Positions 1 to 15,624 of a stretch of 64,000 bases of DNA are shown one piece after another. The stretch spans positions 29,638,640 through 29,702,639 of the forward strand of contig OZ037766.1 in assembly GCA_964035545.1 (NCBI GenBank), written 5' to 3'. How positions within the stretch are numbered: the stretch's first letter is position 1; each line of letters opens with the position of its first letter. A program made the position numbers and the translations under genes. Below the pieces are notes generated by a model, which searched no databases, was not told the DNA's origin, and saw nothing but the letters and a program-made list of their open reading frames with translations. Source of the stretch: Bugula neritina. Lineage: Eukaryota > Animalia > Bryozoa.

Positions 1-399
1 CTATGTACATACCATCAAATACTTCTACACATGATACCATCTATAGGTATATTATATATGATCATATTGATAACTGTGCATGGTTGCATCTTTTCTCCTA
101 CCAGATTGAAGTTTAGTTGCGGAATGAAAACACTGTTTTATTAGAATATGCACATCAAATAAAAAATCAACTTTGTTTTAAATTTAAATTAAGTGGCAAG
201 AGAAGAAAGATAACATTTTTGGGCGTGACATAAAAAAACAAAGCAAGGAATAGTCTAAAATGACAAACTGATAGCAAACATAACATATAACTATCTATGT
301 ATGTATATTTATGTGTCTTGGCTAAAAAATTAAGTGTTTCTATCAATCAGGTTTCTATCAATCAAGTTTGTATCTGTCAGGATTTTATCCAAGATGTGG

Positions 400-1849
<1,450 letters not shown>

Positions 1850-2134
1850 CTATAAAACCATAACATAGGCTGTACAACACTGCAAATTTTAGCAAAAAAA
1901 AAATTTTTTTTCAAGTTAAAGATTCAAATTCTTGCAACTATTTAATAAACTAATTTTCTATGACTTTATAAAATATTTATTGCCAAACATTATATGATGT
2001 AAAAACAAATTTATGTATACAAGTATTTATATTTTAGCATACGTATATTACTCACTTTGTTGGTGCGTATTGGTTGCAGAGAGATGATACCAGAAACTCT
2101 AAGGGTACTCTGCTATCTCATTCTGATTCTAAGC

Positions 2135-2142
2135 CTTTTATA
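2135..2142 (-). promoter_or_regulatory. TATA box of collagen-like copy 1
   Basis: GGTATAAAAGGC about 80 nt upstream of the exon-1 donor (AAA|GTGAGT at 2055); conserved at the equivalent position in all three paralogs. Confidence 0.8.
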
Positions 2143-3328
2143 CCTCTCGAGTGAGGAAATCTACTGCCATTATTGTGTAAGAATATACCACAATGGGTAT
2201 ATTAAACGGTGATAAGATTAAATTAATTAGCTCCATGTTTTTATTAAAACTGTAATTCTATGTCTTAACATAGTCAGTAATCGATCATTGATGATATGGA
2301 AACAGTCAAATAAGATTAACGCACATTGAATGCTGGCTACTGCGAGTGTATTGCAGTGATAAAACAATGGTCATTTTATTTCATTTTGATATAATATTAT
2401 ATAATATATTGAAACACTGTACCATGTGGAAACATTCACTGCTTTATCAGTCAAGCAAATTGCCCTATAAGTATGATAGCATATAATAAATTTGATATTA
2501 TATATATTTTACTGCAGTATTGCCTTATTTATTGCAAAGTAATTATTTGGTTTAACGTGTCAGTTGTGCGTAATTATCTTCATACAAAATATAATGAATT
2601 TGGTATTTACTTACAATATTATCAGGAACACCATATTCTAAAGCAGGTTATTAGCTTTCACACTATGAAGCGTGGCGTATGAAATGTACATGTGTATTTA
2701 ATCCTCAATCTGAATTTATGCACAGCTATACATCCTGTTTATTTTGAACAAAGTCTTTAAAGAATATATAGGGCTATAATATTGTGTAACCCAACTCCCA
2801 ATATCCAAAATCCAATACAGGTACTGCATGATGAAAAAAATCTTTGAATGATTTTAGGACTAAGTCTAGGACTATAACTGGCAATGCTCTCTTGTTGGAT
2901 GCTGCAACTTGATTAATGCATCAATTATAAGCAAGATCATACAAATAGTTGTATTGGGAATTTTCGAATCTTCACAGTATTTGAGTTTTATATTTTCAAA
3001 CTTTTTCACTCAATTTTGATTTAAATAATAAAATATTTCAATTTAATTTTATCTAATAGTACCCTAATATACACAAAAACATCAGTGCAAATAATGTGAC
3101 TATGCAATAATGTTTAGACGCAGAGTTTTTTAAAAATATTATAGCATTAGAAAATTTAAACAAATTAATGTTATTTTACACACCACGTAAATTCTAAACT
3201 TACTTTTACCATATAAGCACCTGATAGATTTTCTTTCAACGAGTTTCAACAATATTAATGACACTAGTTTCAGTGTTTTATAGCAAGAGAGTTGTTCACC
3301 AAGTGCTAAATTTAACTGTTCATTTATA

Positions 3329-4212
3329 GGGGTAAGGGGAGCACAATGGGTTAAATTTCGAATTCTTTGCTCTTATTCTTCTGTTTTTCAAGTTACTAGT
3401 TTAACAATTTCCAGTCTAAATGCTACACCAGTTGTCTATTATAGGTATCAGTTTGTTGTTTCTATCTCTCTCACAACTTTCAAAATAATGAAATTTTAAT
3501 AAAATGAGCAAATCATAATTTATTTTAGTTAAGTACATGTATATAATTCCCTCAATGATATAATGTATATATAATGAATGCCATATATATATCCATTAGT
3601 AGCAACAGCAGAGTGTTTTGTATGATGTATAAAATGGCAAAGCTATATAACCACACCAGATGTATATTATAGGGGAGCTTAGCCTTGTAGTTTTGTAGTC
3701 TTACCATGATGCCTTTGATATTTTACAAAAAGGTCAGAAATGGCTGTATCTATAGATTTTATTAACGTTTCAACTAACTTTTTGGGCAAACAGACTAATA
3801 ACAGTGATCTGGGTGCAATATTCAGGTGGCCCATTGTGCCCTGCGTGGCCAAGTTGAAAATATATGCGGCTCAAGGATAATTGATTTAGAATTTGCTACT
3901 ATATAATAGTTAAGCAGCATAGAGACAAGCAAAGGCAACAATTTATTAGTAAAAACTAGGCTTGTTACCTTTGAGTGTAAAAATTTATAATGCTTTAATG
4001 ACATCTTAAGAAATTTATTACAAAAAGTAGGTAAAAACAGTTTTTGGCTTGCCTTTTCAACATGTATATTTTATATGCTCTGAAAATGTTGAAACTACAA
4101 TGGCTGAATAATAATTATGTCATGACTTTTTTATAAAAAAAATCCCAACTCTAAGTCAATAGGTAGGTTTTCTCACCCTTATGACCAGTGTGCCCCTCCC
4201 CCCCCCCCCCCT
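3329..4212. mobile_element. Internally deleted copy of a non-autonomous TIR DNA transposon (same family as 27856-29166)
   Basis: Starts TA|GGGGTAAGGGGAGCACAATGGG and is collinear with 27856-29166, except that about 430 bp (about 28030-28458) is missing. The right end (poly-C) lacks the final TTACCCC. Confidence 0.8.
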
Positions 4213-5846
4213 TGTCAGTTATAATTTTTGTTTAGAATTTGAACATAAATATAATGTGCCGCTGCAGTTTTATTATGTGACAGGTTTCATATATTAATTG
4301 ACTTTTGTGATGATTTCTGACCTAATCTTTTCACTATGTGTTATATTTAGTATGCTTTTTTAGAACGTAAGCATTTTATTTTAGTAAGTAAATAATTCAT
4401 ATTGTCTCAAAAGTGCAAAATTAAAGGCTAACGCACGCTATTGTAATCTTTACAACGCTACTTGCGTCAGACTTGTATATGAACATTTATAACGATTTGA
4501 ATTAGATGGTTCATCTTAGAAATAAACTAGGGCATGCTATGTTAAACGGCACATGTTTGCTACAAAAAGTATCGATTAGAAAGATATACTTTAAAAGTAG
4601 CTATTATATTTTACAAACTAGCTCTATTTTTTGCTGCTATATATTATTCTTGTAAAATTATAATATACAGAAAAATGCGCTATATATTGTAGTTCTTTGT
4701 AGACTACATAATGATTGTTTCTGCCCCGTTCAAAATATCAGTGTTCAAAATAAAATAATTAGTTTTACATAGCCACGAAGAATTAATATTTTGTAATAAA
4801 TGTTGAACAATATAAAGGAATCAATTATGATTAGTACGTAAACAGTTTTACACAATAAAATAGTAAACTATAAAGTCGTTCCTAATTCTGGTGCACACTC
4901 TATAAGTTATAAATTTTTATAGCTTATACAACTACTAACGAGTAACCATGCATGTATTGCCTGATTGATCGCAATTTATATTTTGAAAAATCTCCACAAC
5001 TCCTTATCATAAGATTACTAAAGTGTGAGCAACGCTATGCTGCTATATATACATTTTTGATGCAACAATTTTAATATTGCTATAAATGTAACAATTGGAC
5101 AACTAATTTTAAAAACCTTATTTTCTCCAATTATATTAAGAAACGCTTTTGAACTGCCCTTTAGAGAATCACATAACTTAATTGAATGTTTGCCTTAAAA
5201 GATAATATACCATGGAGTTTTGGAACTAAAATATTTTTTAATTATTTTACAGTTAACTGCCATAATATAGGTGCTGCTTTAAATATTTAATGTTTATAAT
5301 TGTTGTACATCTTTTTGGAAGTATATAGCATCATGTTGATGCAACAATTTACATAGGTATATATATAGTTAGTATAACTTGCTACAGGCTACTGTACGTT
5401 AAACTGCACCATCAATTGTAACATGTATAACTATGTATTCATTTAATGGCTATTATATAAACGTAATACTGAAAAAAGAAAGTGTTAACAATAATTATTT
5501 ACTATACAAAAATATAAAAGTGTAGTTAAATACAAATAATCGAAAAGTGATCATATGTTCTTCTACTTATGCAGCTATTTCCAGGTTAGTAACTGTCCAT
5601 AAATCTCTCAAAATTTTGTTTTGATAAACTATAAAATAATGCTAAGCAAAATCAAATTTCCAATTTAATATTATCCCAACGTTTATGCATTAGCAGGAAT
5701 TAAATTTTCATTACTAGACATTGAAGAAGCATCAAAAATTGATTGATTTATATTTGACACTGTTCAACTATGTCTTCAGAGTAATAATCTACTATAATTT
5801 ATAGTATACAATAATGACAACACAATCATTTATTATTTGGGATTGG

Positions 5847-5854
5847 TATAAAAG
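5847..5854 (+). promoter_or_regulatory. TATA box of collagen-like copy 2
   Basis: GGTATAAAAGGC upstream of non-coding exon 1 (donor AAA|GTAAGT at 5930); conserved in paralogs. Confidence 0.8.
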
Positions 5855-6202
5855 GCTCAGAATTAAAATGAAATGGCAGAGCACCTTCGAAGTTTCTAGT
5901 ATCATCTCTACAAACAATACACCAGCAAAGTAAGTATTATATTGTTGTACAGACCATCTATAAATAAAAATTTAATGGTAATTGTTTCAAACATTATATA
6001 GATGAGCTTGAAAATACATTAGTTGTTAACGTATTCATGTATATACATCTGCTTTAAAAAGTAGCTTAACAGTGTTAAATTCAAGGAGCCTTAAAATTTT
6101 TACACTTCAATTTAAATAACAATTGATGCTTTTACCTGCTTTAAGTCATACTGTTTACCATGTTTTGATGATAGTTCTTAGCCATGTATTTACACATTCT
6201 AG

Positions 6203-8097
6203 ATGGAAAAGTCTGAGTTAGCTATTGCACATTCAAATAAAGCTAAACTAAAAGCCTATGGCTATGGCAGTGCTTTGATTGGCTTACTAGTTGTTGGTTT
6301 GATCATCTCTAACATGGTTATGTTTGGTTACATGTTCAAACAGTTCGACCAGGTCAGTGTATAATTTACATCCATAAAAGTGTTAAAAATTATGAGCTTA
6401 ATTTTAGATTGCATGAGCTTCATAAACGTCAACAGTTCTTCATTTAAAGTTTAGCATAGAGTTATAGTATTTTATTGAACTTATACATTTGTTTATGGTT
6501 ATAAGTAGGCTATTACCAGTTGCAGTTTAGTTTTTGTTATTCTTGTATTCTTAATTTTATGTCGATATGTTAAATATTATGTTTTAATCTACTTTTGAAA
6601 TGCAAATGAGTCTGGAGAATTGAAAGCTGTACTGTTTCAGTGCACAGATTATTAGTTTATGCCATATAGCTGCAAAGCAATGTAAATTATTTTTAAACTT
6701 TTATTACATTTACTGCATGTGTTAGGAAAAAAATTTTTCGTTTCATGCTAAGGTTGGATTTGTTTTCAACTTTTTATGGTAATTTATTTTTTGTCAACAT
6801 CTATAATTTTAACAAAGGGAAATTTACTATAGTTATTACGAATATAAAGCAAACTTAAAAATTTGGATAAAAAGTATATAGATCAGCATAAAACGCTATA
6901 GTAATTTGTTGTAGAATATTATTAAATTGCACTGCAAACTTGAAAAATAATGGTCAAAAAATTGATCAAATAAATAGAAATAAATCCAAAAGATATTAAC
7001 CAACAGCATTTTTTGGTAAATATAGTTTTCACATTTTTTATCAATATAAACTAATAAAGCTTTCCAGTTTGCTTTTGACCCTTGAACTCTAAAAAGCTTA
7101 GAACTTGCTTATTGGTAGATAGTTGCTCGTAACATCATCAATCAATCAATCAATAGTTCAAACTAATATATGTTGTTTGTTGTTTTTCCAAAATTCTATA
7201 ATAACTTCAATATCTGCAAAAATAACCATATTGTTTGTGCAAATGCTTAATAATCTAGCTATATAATCGGCACATGCAAATCACTAAGTGCTTTAAATTC
7301 ATGTAAATTCTAATAAAATTTACTTTGTACTATGCAGGGTAGCCAAAAGATTGGAAAGCTGGAAGTTGAACTTGCCAAAATATCAAGCAACAAAGTCGAA
7401 GGCACAGTTGCAAGTACTAATGGTAGAGAGGTTTTAGTAAGTTCAGCTAATATTGCTTCCAATGCTTTTAAAATGAAGGTAAAGTGTAACACAAATATTT
7501 TGGGTTTATTAAAATATAATAAAGTCAGGTAGTTTGTATAATTAATGCGTGTCTATAACATCTTCAAAGTTCAAATATGTATCCTAATATGATAGACATG
7601 GAAGTTGAAATTTTTTTTGCAAAGATGCTATAATATTCTTTGACAATGTTTAGAGAGAGAAGAGAGGAGCTCATTACGGGTCTTGTAGCTGTCCATCCGG
7701 ACCTCCTGGTCCCAAGGTAAGTTTTGTAATAAAAGCTGTTTGTTGTGTCAATAGTTAAAAGCAGCCAAGCATAATTTTACTTCATAGCAGCAACTAATAT
7801 AAAAGAGAATTCTGTGTACACAAATTATAAGCTGGGGTGCTTATTGTATTTACGATTATTTTTAATAATGCCACATAGGGGTCACCTGGTCCTAAAGGTT
7901 CAAACGGATCATCAGGGTCTAAAGGATCAACTGGTCCAAAGGGTCCAACAGGACCAGCAGGACCACAGGGGCCTAAAGGTAGCAGTGGTAGTAAGGGAAG
8001 CACTGGGCCCAAAGGACCTAAAGGAGATACTGGAGCCGCAGGTCCACCTGGTCCAAAAGGTCCTCCTGGTGCCCCTGGAAAATCCTGGAAGCCCTAA
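6203..8097 (+). CDS. Short type II membrane-anchored, furin-cleavable collagen-like protein, copy 2 (176 aa)
   Basis: Exons 6203-6352 ([10 protein letters not shown]...FKQFDQ), 7338-7436 ([17 protein letters not shown]..), 7654-7716 ([21 protein letters not shown]), 7879-8097 (23 G-X-Y triplets + WKP, TAA). A 3' UTR intron runs 8110-8273. All junctions GT-AG, phase 0. Confidence 0.9.
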
Positions 8098-10240
8098 TAG
8101 TCACACCATGTAAGTTTAAAAACCTGCTTTTTTAAATAAAAGCTCATTGATTCACAGATTTATAAAAGACCACCTAAAATCGCATTTGTCAACAATGACA
8201 TTATATACACACTGCAAGATTCATATACTATATATAAGTTGAGGGTATTGAATGTTTCATTTTTTATTGACAGCCGCTACATATTGGATACAAGCCCGAT
8301 TGAAAGGAACATAACTTTCAGATGAAACCCACACATGCGCTCTATTATTGCAGAGTTTTTTAACGTCCTATTGTTTTTTTATGTCAAAGTCTCTATTGTA
8401 ACTTTAAATGTTTGTGTCTAGTGTTCTAATTTTAATTAAATAAGATTTTCAAAATTATATTCAATTCAACCTTGCTATTTATAGCAGGACTAAATTCTTC
8501 AAACACTTATAAACACTGACTTAAAAAGCCTTCAACACTCATAAAACTGAATTACTGCATAACCAAGTCCAACTTGACTTTTTTGCTATTGAATTACAAC
8601 AATGAGAGCTAACATGTATATAGTATAAAACTGCATAATAACTTATTACGGTCACACAATCATACTGTAACTATACTGCTTTTACAAAAAAGCCATTAAC
8701 ATCACATCCAATAAGTTGATTGCCTGCATCCACAATCGAAATAGCATTTATGCTATATAGCTAGTTCAATAGCAACATGTATTGATAATATATTATACTT
8801 GTACATCTAGTATAAATCTGGAATTTACATTTGAGTTTATTATAACTTACAGAGCTGATCAGCATGCAACTTTCTCCTAAAAATAATATACAATTTGTGC
8901 ATCCTTCACAATTAACTCACAAAATTATAGTTAGTTATTGTTATAAAATGCATCTTCAGTTGTGCTTTGCATGTTGGAGTGTGTAATTTAAGCGATATAT
9001 AAATCAAAACCAAGAGTGTTTTTAACTATAAACCTTGAAGCTAATTTTCTTAACTTAAGCTTTTCTTCAAGATTTGCATTAATTGTTTTGTTGCACTTTA
9101 AAGTTATATGTTAATTTGGTTACTTTTCCGGGCTTAAATTAGTTGCAAGCCTGAAACACAAACAAAATATTCAGAGAGAGAAAATAACTCTTATAAGTGA
9201 CTTTGTATGTACTAAAATTATATATTCTTTATATAAGCGGAAGTAACTGAATATTATAGCAATGAAAGTATTCTGCGATGTAAGCTGTAGCTATATAACA
9301 TCTTTTTATTATGCTACCAATTAACAAGGAAGGCTTAAAATTTTATTTTATTTGACTGCATGTTTTCAAATATTTAGGTCTGGAAAACTCAATAATGACC
9401 AAAATGGAAAACATGCCACAAATACATATAGCAATTATGTAACTGGTATATATAAGAGCTATATAGAAAGCTATATATATAAAAACTATTCAGAAAGTAA
9501 ACTATTCTCAAAATATAAAAAAAAGATTATAGCTACATTAGCAATTGTCACTATATATAAGGCAAACTAGCCAACAAGATTCTGCACTACCGTATGTTCC
9601 CACTCTTATTAGTTAGCTGATTAGCATTTATTTTGCTCCAAACATCTTCATTAGCAAATTTCAAAAGGTAAAGCATCAGCTTAAACATCTATTGTATAAT
9701 ATTATATGTTTATCATGTAATTTATTTGATATATCGATTTGATTAATTGTTTAATTTTTTGATTTATTGATTGATTTATTGATTATAATATTATATCATA
9801 TAGATATTAAAATGCGTTGCTAAATTCTGTGTAAATGCTAGCCATTAACATAACTTGCATGGAACAATTACTGTGCAGATTGTGTGTAGTGTATCAGGAA
9901 AATATTATATGTTGATAGGCTCTGTAAAGACCCATACTTGCTGCTGCATCTACTGCTGCCATTCATTCTGGTATTCGAAGAATTACATTATAAATGCTGT
10001 TTCATTGTGGAGGCTGACAAACACTTTATTAACAAATATAAATTTAGTAATGAATGCATAACATGTTATTTTTGTTGAACTAAAATGTAACACATCAAAA
10101 AGTTAAATCAGTTACAGTTAACATCATGAAATAAAACAAAAAACAATAAGACATTGAAAATTTTTTCAATAATAACATATATGCATAGTTTCCATCTGGG
10201 AGTTATGTTCTTTTCAATCAGGCTCTTATCCAACATGCAT

Positions 10241-12309
10241 TTACTGTCAACATAAAGGAAAACATTTAAGATATATTATAAATTCTCATATATTAATTGT
10301 TACTGTAAATATACCATGTTATTATAAGCATTTTCTTATATATGACATATTAATTTTTATTTAAAATGAAGTTTGTAAACTTACACCATGGTATGGCCCC
10401 TTAATTTTTCCTGGGGGTCCAGGGGGTCCACGAGGTCCTTTGGGGCCAGCTGGACCTTTAGGTCCAGTATCTCCTTTAGGTCCTTTGGGTCCAGTACTTC
10501 CCTTACTTCCAGTGCTACCTTTAGGCCCCTTTGGTCCTGCAGGTCCTGTTGGACCCTTTGGTCCAGTTGATCCCTTAGAGCCTGGTGATCCCTTTGAACC
10601 TTTAGGGCCAGTTGGTCCCTGTGACATTATTATAAGCAATTATAAATAATAAGTAAACAAACACCTTAATTCACTCATAAACTATGTCTATAGAGATATT
10701 GTTTTGTTTTTAGGCATCTTTTATTGCTGTTAAAGTAGCTTTATGTCTGTTAATTTTCTTCAACTAATAAAATTATAACAAGCAGTCTTATATTTATAAG
10801 ACTCACCTTGGGACCAGGGGGTCCAGCTTTACATTTGCAAGATCCATAAGAAATTCCTCTTTTCTCTCTCTAAATGTTGCCAAAATAATATTAAATTAGT
10901 TGCGGATATATTGCCCTTTATAAAATCTGAAACTCTCATGCAGCTTATATATTGAGATACATGCATGTATGTCTAAACTTATAAACACACCTTAACACAA
11001 AACACCAGATGTTTCTTATTTAATAAAATTGTAATATATATATTCTTAACGCACTGAAACTTCTCCAGTTTTAGCATCACTTGCACCTACGGCTCCTTTG
11101 AGGTTACCATTAGATATTCTGGCAATTTCCACTTCCATTTGTCCGATTTTTTGGTTACTCTATATAACGCATGTTACAGATTAGAAGAGAACACAGTTAA
11201 ATCTGTCAATAAGTTATAATATTTTCTTACTATAGACACTTATACAAGCTACAAAATGTGACTTTATTTTAACAAAAATATTACTGATTTTTGCATGTGT
11301 TAAAGTGATTTTGGTATATATCAGCATCCTAATAATTATATTAGTTTAAATTATTGGTTATGCATTGCTGAATAGTCATTTATACTATCATTTATAAATT
11401 AGATTGAAACCTGTTTGCATGAATAGCCAAAGACTTTGAAAATAAAAAATGAATTGAAATATTATAAAGTTGAAAATTGAAAGTTAGTGCAAATAAGAAA
11501 ATTGTTCGTTAAAAAATTCTTAAAGCCGTAGTTGGATTTATTCAGAGAATGTTTCGAACTTATTTTTGAATTTAAATTGCATTTTAATGTGCTCCTAAAA
11601 TCAAATAGAAAATATTTTATAACAAGTTAATTTATTTAAACAACCTTTTAAATTATTTTTATAATATAGCAGTTATACTAAATCTTTTCATTTTAGAAAT
11701 TTGGCTTCTATAAAAAAAATAATTGCTGCACAAACAAATAAAATCACCAAAAATTAGTCAATTTAAGCAGAAATTTTTGCTAAAACATACCCCAATGCAT
11801 ATAGATTAAAAATGGTCTGTTAAATTTTTATGTATAATTTAATAAGAGTTGAACTTAATTTAGCTGCAGCAGAGTTTTAAAGTTTAAGACTTTAGAGGGT
11901 TATTTGTTTTTAGGATTACAACATATTGTATGATACACCAGTTTAAGCACATTTAAAAATGGCTTCAACTATAAAATTTAAATGGAATAACAGTTAATAT
12001 AATGTATAATTATATACAATAAGACGTGTAGCTTTAGATTGAAATATTATGTGATAATTTTTTGAATCGTAGCAGTTTTTAGTTTTATGAATTTATATTA
12101 GCCTAAAAGACAACGAGTTAACTTTGCTAAAATTAAAGTAATATTATATATACACTGACCTGATCGAACTGTTTGAACATGTAGCCAAACATAACCATGT
12201 TGGAGATGATCAAACCAACCACTAGTAAGCCAATCAAAGCACTGCCATAGCCATAGGCCTTTAGTTTAGCCTTGTTTGAATGTGCGATAGCCAGTTCAGA
12301 CTTTTCTAT
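10241..12309 (-). CDS. Collagen-like copy 3 (184 codons); start codon mutated ATG>ATA, possible recent pseudogene
   Basis: Exons 12309-12160 (ATA GAA AAG TCT...FDQ), 11159-11055, 10869-10807 ([21 protein letters not shown]), 10618-10385 (24 G-X-Y + KGPYHG). TAA at 10243-10241 directly follows the last acceptor. Non-coding exon 1 ends at 12582. Frame and splice sites are otherwise intact. Confidence 0.8.
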
Positions 12310-12656
12310 CTGGAATGTGTAAATACAAAGCTAAGAACTATCATCAAAACATGTTAAACAGTATGACTTGAAGCAGGTAAAAGCATCAATATTATTTAAG
12401 TTAAAGTATAGACATTTTAAGGCTCCTTAAATTTAACGCGGTTAGGCTACGTTTTTAAAGCAGATGTATATACATGAATATGTTAACAAGTATTTTCAAG
12501 CTCATCTTTATAATGTTTGTAACAATTACCACTAAATGTTTATTTATAGATGGTCCAAAAAACAATATAATTATTACTTACTTTGCTGGTGTATTGGTTG
12601 TAGAGATGATACCAGAAACTCTAAGGTTACTCTGCTGTCTTATTCTGAAACTGAGC

Positions 12657-12664
12657 CTTTTATA
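12657..12664 (-). promoter_or_regulatory. TATA box of collagen-like copy 3
   Basis: GGTATAAAAGGC, preceded by GTAGATTTCCTCACTC shared with copy 1. Confidence 0.8.
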
Positions 12665-14214
12665 CCTCTTGAGTGAGGAAATCTACTGTCATAATAATTC
12701 TGGGCTATATATGTGGTATAATATTATTATAAGGAAATGTTTAAATATTGTAAAAAATAAATAAATCAATCAAAATAGTCTGTAATATGAGAGAATATTA
12801 CTACAAGGAAGTAGTTAAGCAATGTCAAAAGTCCATCAATCAATCTTAGATCGTTCCTTAAAACTGAATAACTCATTTATCTCAACACTACTGCATAATA
12901 ATTGTTATTTAATACAAAAAGAAAAATGTAATAATGCTTTGCAAAGGTTTTTAGCTTGTTCAGTAACCTGGGAAACTGTCTACAAATTATGACAGGCATA
13001 TGATATAAATTTGATAATAATTGTGTTTTGTTTTTAGCATAATCTGAGCAACAGGATTGTCTCCACATAGAATATGATAAATATAGTTACTTAAATAGCA
13101 ATTAACGCAATGCAATTTATTATGTAGTGGGTTGTAGCACTTCCACCACAAAGCAGGACATAGCAGATCAGCAAATTATAGCATCAAAATGAGACTGCGT
13201 GCATGAGCAGCTGGCATTTTGCCTCATTTCTAAAAGCATTTGTGAATATTTGCAGATTTAGTATGCTCAATTTTTTTTGTCCAAATAGTATTAATATACA
13301 AATTAAAAAAATATTTAAATTCTCAAACTTCATTATCTTATAGAAGTATAATTAACGTAATTAGGTTGATATATAGTTTTATTAATCTAAACTTCTTAGT
13401 ATACATTTTCTCACTCCTTGCATTTTAGTAAAGCAACTGTTATTGCAACAGTACGTGATTAAAATGAGCTCAATTAATATTTTATATACAACAGTATGAT
13501 GCTGTCCATAAAGCTGTTTGAATAATCCAGTGATGCGAATTTGTCTTGCATCTTTTAAAATATAATTCAGGCTTAATCATCTATTATAACTATGTTCATC
13601 AACTTTTGCATGCAGCATTAATCAAACCTTAGCTGCTCTAACCAAGTATATAGGAAAAACCACAATTTTTAGTTTTTTATGCGTAAAACTGCCATCTATA
13701 TATGATGTTTTATATATAAAATATGCTTATTATCATGGTATTATTACCATAACAGTGTTTAATAAATTAGACATTTATTTTCCACAAGAAAATACTAATT
13801 TATTGTTCTTGCCTAGAACTACATATTGAATCTTAGGAGAGAAAAAACAAAAGCAATGACACTCATTATAGTAATTAAAATATATAATAATATAATATAC
13901 AATTATATTATAATGTTTGTGTGTTAAATTCGCAACAACATTATGAAAATAATAGCAATAAATAAAATTATTTATTTTAAAAATTATATATATATATCAA
14001 GTTCAAAATCATCTCTAGCCACATTATAAAAAATATGAGCTTGAATGTGCAAAAAGGTTTGCTGAAATTACTACAACTATCATGCATCTTATATTATATG
14101 TAATTTATATGATAAACTATTATTTCAAATGGAATTTCAAAGCAATGATGTAACAAATACATAAATATTTTACCCCCCTCCCAATATTCCTTGCTTCTTT
14201 CTGCTAATTACTAA

Positions 14215-14286
14215 AAAGTCACACTTTTTAGCCCTTAATACAAGCCATCATGATGGCTTGTATTAAGGGCTAAAAAGTGTGACTTT
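14215..14286. repeat. 72-bp perfect palindrome with no spacer
   Basis: AAAGTCACACTTTTTAGCCCTTAATACAAGCCATCA|TGATGGCTTGTATTAAGGGCTAAAAAGTGTGACTTT; centre at 14250/14251. Confidence 0.95.
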
Positions 14287-15624
14287 CTATAAGTAATTAA
14301 TGTCTACAAGTAAACAGTGCATGTAATATAAGCTAAAGAGTAAGTGCATATTATAGTATATTTTGGCATTAAATACATTTTATAATTTTAGAATACCACA
14401 ATCAGCAATAGACTGAAATACAATTTATGCTATTTATTTACTCTTTTACAAATTATTTTGTGTCAGTCACTTTGATTAGTCAATTTTTTGCAGGTTATTG
14501 TGATTGGCTAAGTCTGCACGGTTTTGCAGGACATAAATAGTATATCATGATTGACAGCAGGCATAGCAGTGTGTTTTGCAAGATTTTCAGATATACAACT
14601 CACTTTTTGTTGCAGATGTGGCATCCTGTTTATACATGTCTCCTACTTTTGTATAATATGCTACAAATCAAGGAAATGTCATTGACACCATAGGGTATAA
14701 TAATAAAAGACATATGTGATTTTAACTTATTGTCATACAAACTGTTTTTCTTTATACAACAGGAAAATCAATAGTAATATGCAAGTTTTGTAGGATTTTT
14801 TTCTTGAAAATACTAATCAAAACCAAATTAATTTTACTTTATTTGACTTTTTTGTTCCACTTCCACAAAATGAAAAATTTCTTTACACATAAGTGATAAT
14901 AGATTCATATACTGCAGTATATCTTGAAAATTTATGTAGGTGAAAGAGCATGATGTTAAATACATATGGAATACTTATGTCTGCCCTTACAATGCTGCTA
15001 TAAAGAATAATTACCAACCAATCACGGCATGACTATATATGCAAACATAACGTTATAAGGTGCAAATTTCAGCCTTAATCAATAGTTTTTTCCATCATTA
15101 AAAGTTGAAACTTTGCTCAATATTCAAAATTTAAAGGTTAAGAATATTTTAAAATGGCCGGTATTAATATATCTATAAAAACTTTACTTTACTTGGCTGA
15201 GTTGTCAAAGAATTATATATTTTATATGCAATCAATGGTTGCATTTTCTAGTGATAATTTTCTTACCTGATGGACAGCTATGTAGATGTTTATTCAATCC
15301 TAATAAATTCGCAATCGTTATGCAGGCCAGACTCATCTGTATGCTAAAAATTACCAATTACCAAGCTCTGATTTCTATAACTGAGATTCTTTGCAAATAT
15401 TCCTATAAAACTGGAGACTATATAATCCTGTTTTGAGCATACTTTGTATACTGCATTAATGGTGAAGCCATTTTTAGCTGTTATATAAATATGCATTCTA
15501 TACTAATTGTATATACTAAGGATAAAAAACACATGATGAAAGCATAGAAAACTGGCGTATATGTTATAGCTGTTATGCAGTTATAGACAATAGCATAATC
15601 GATTTAATTACAGAATATTGAGGG

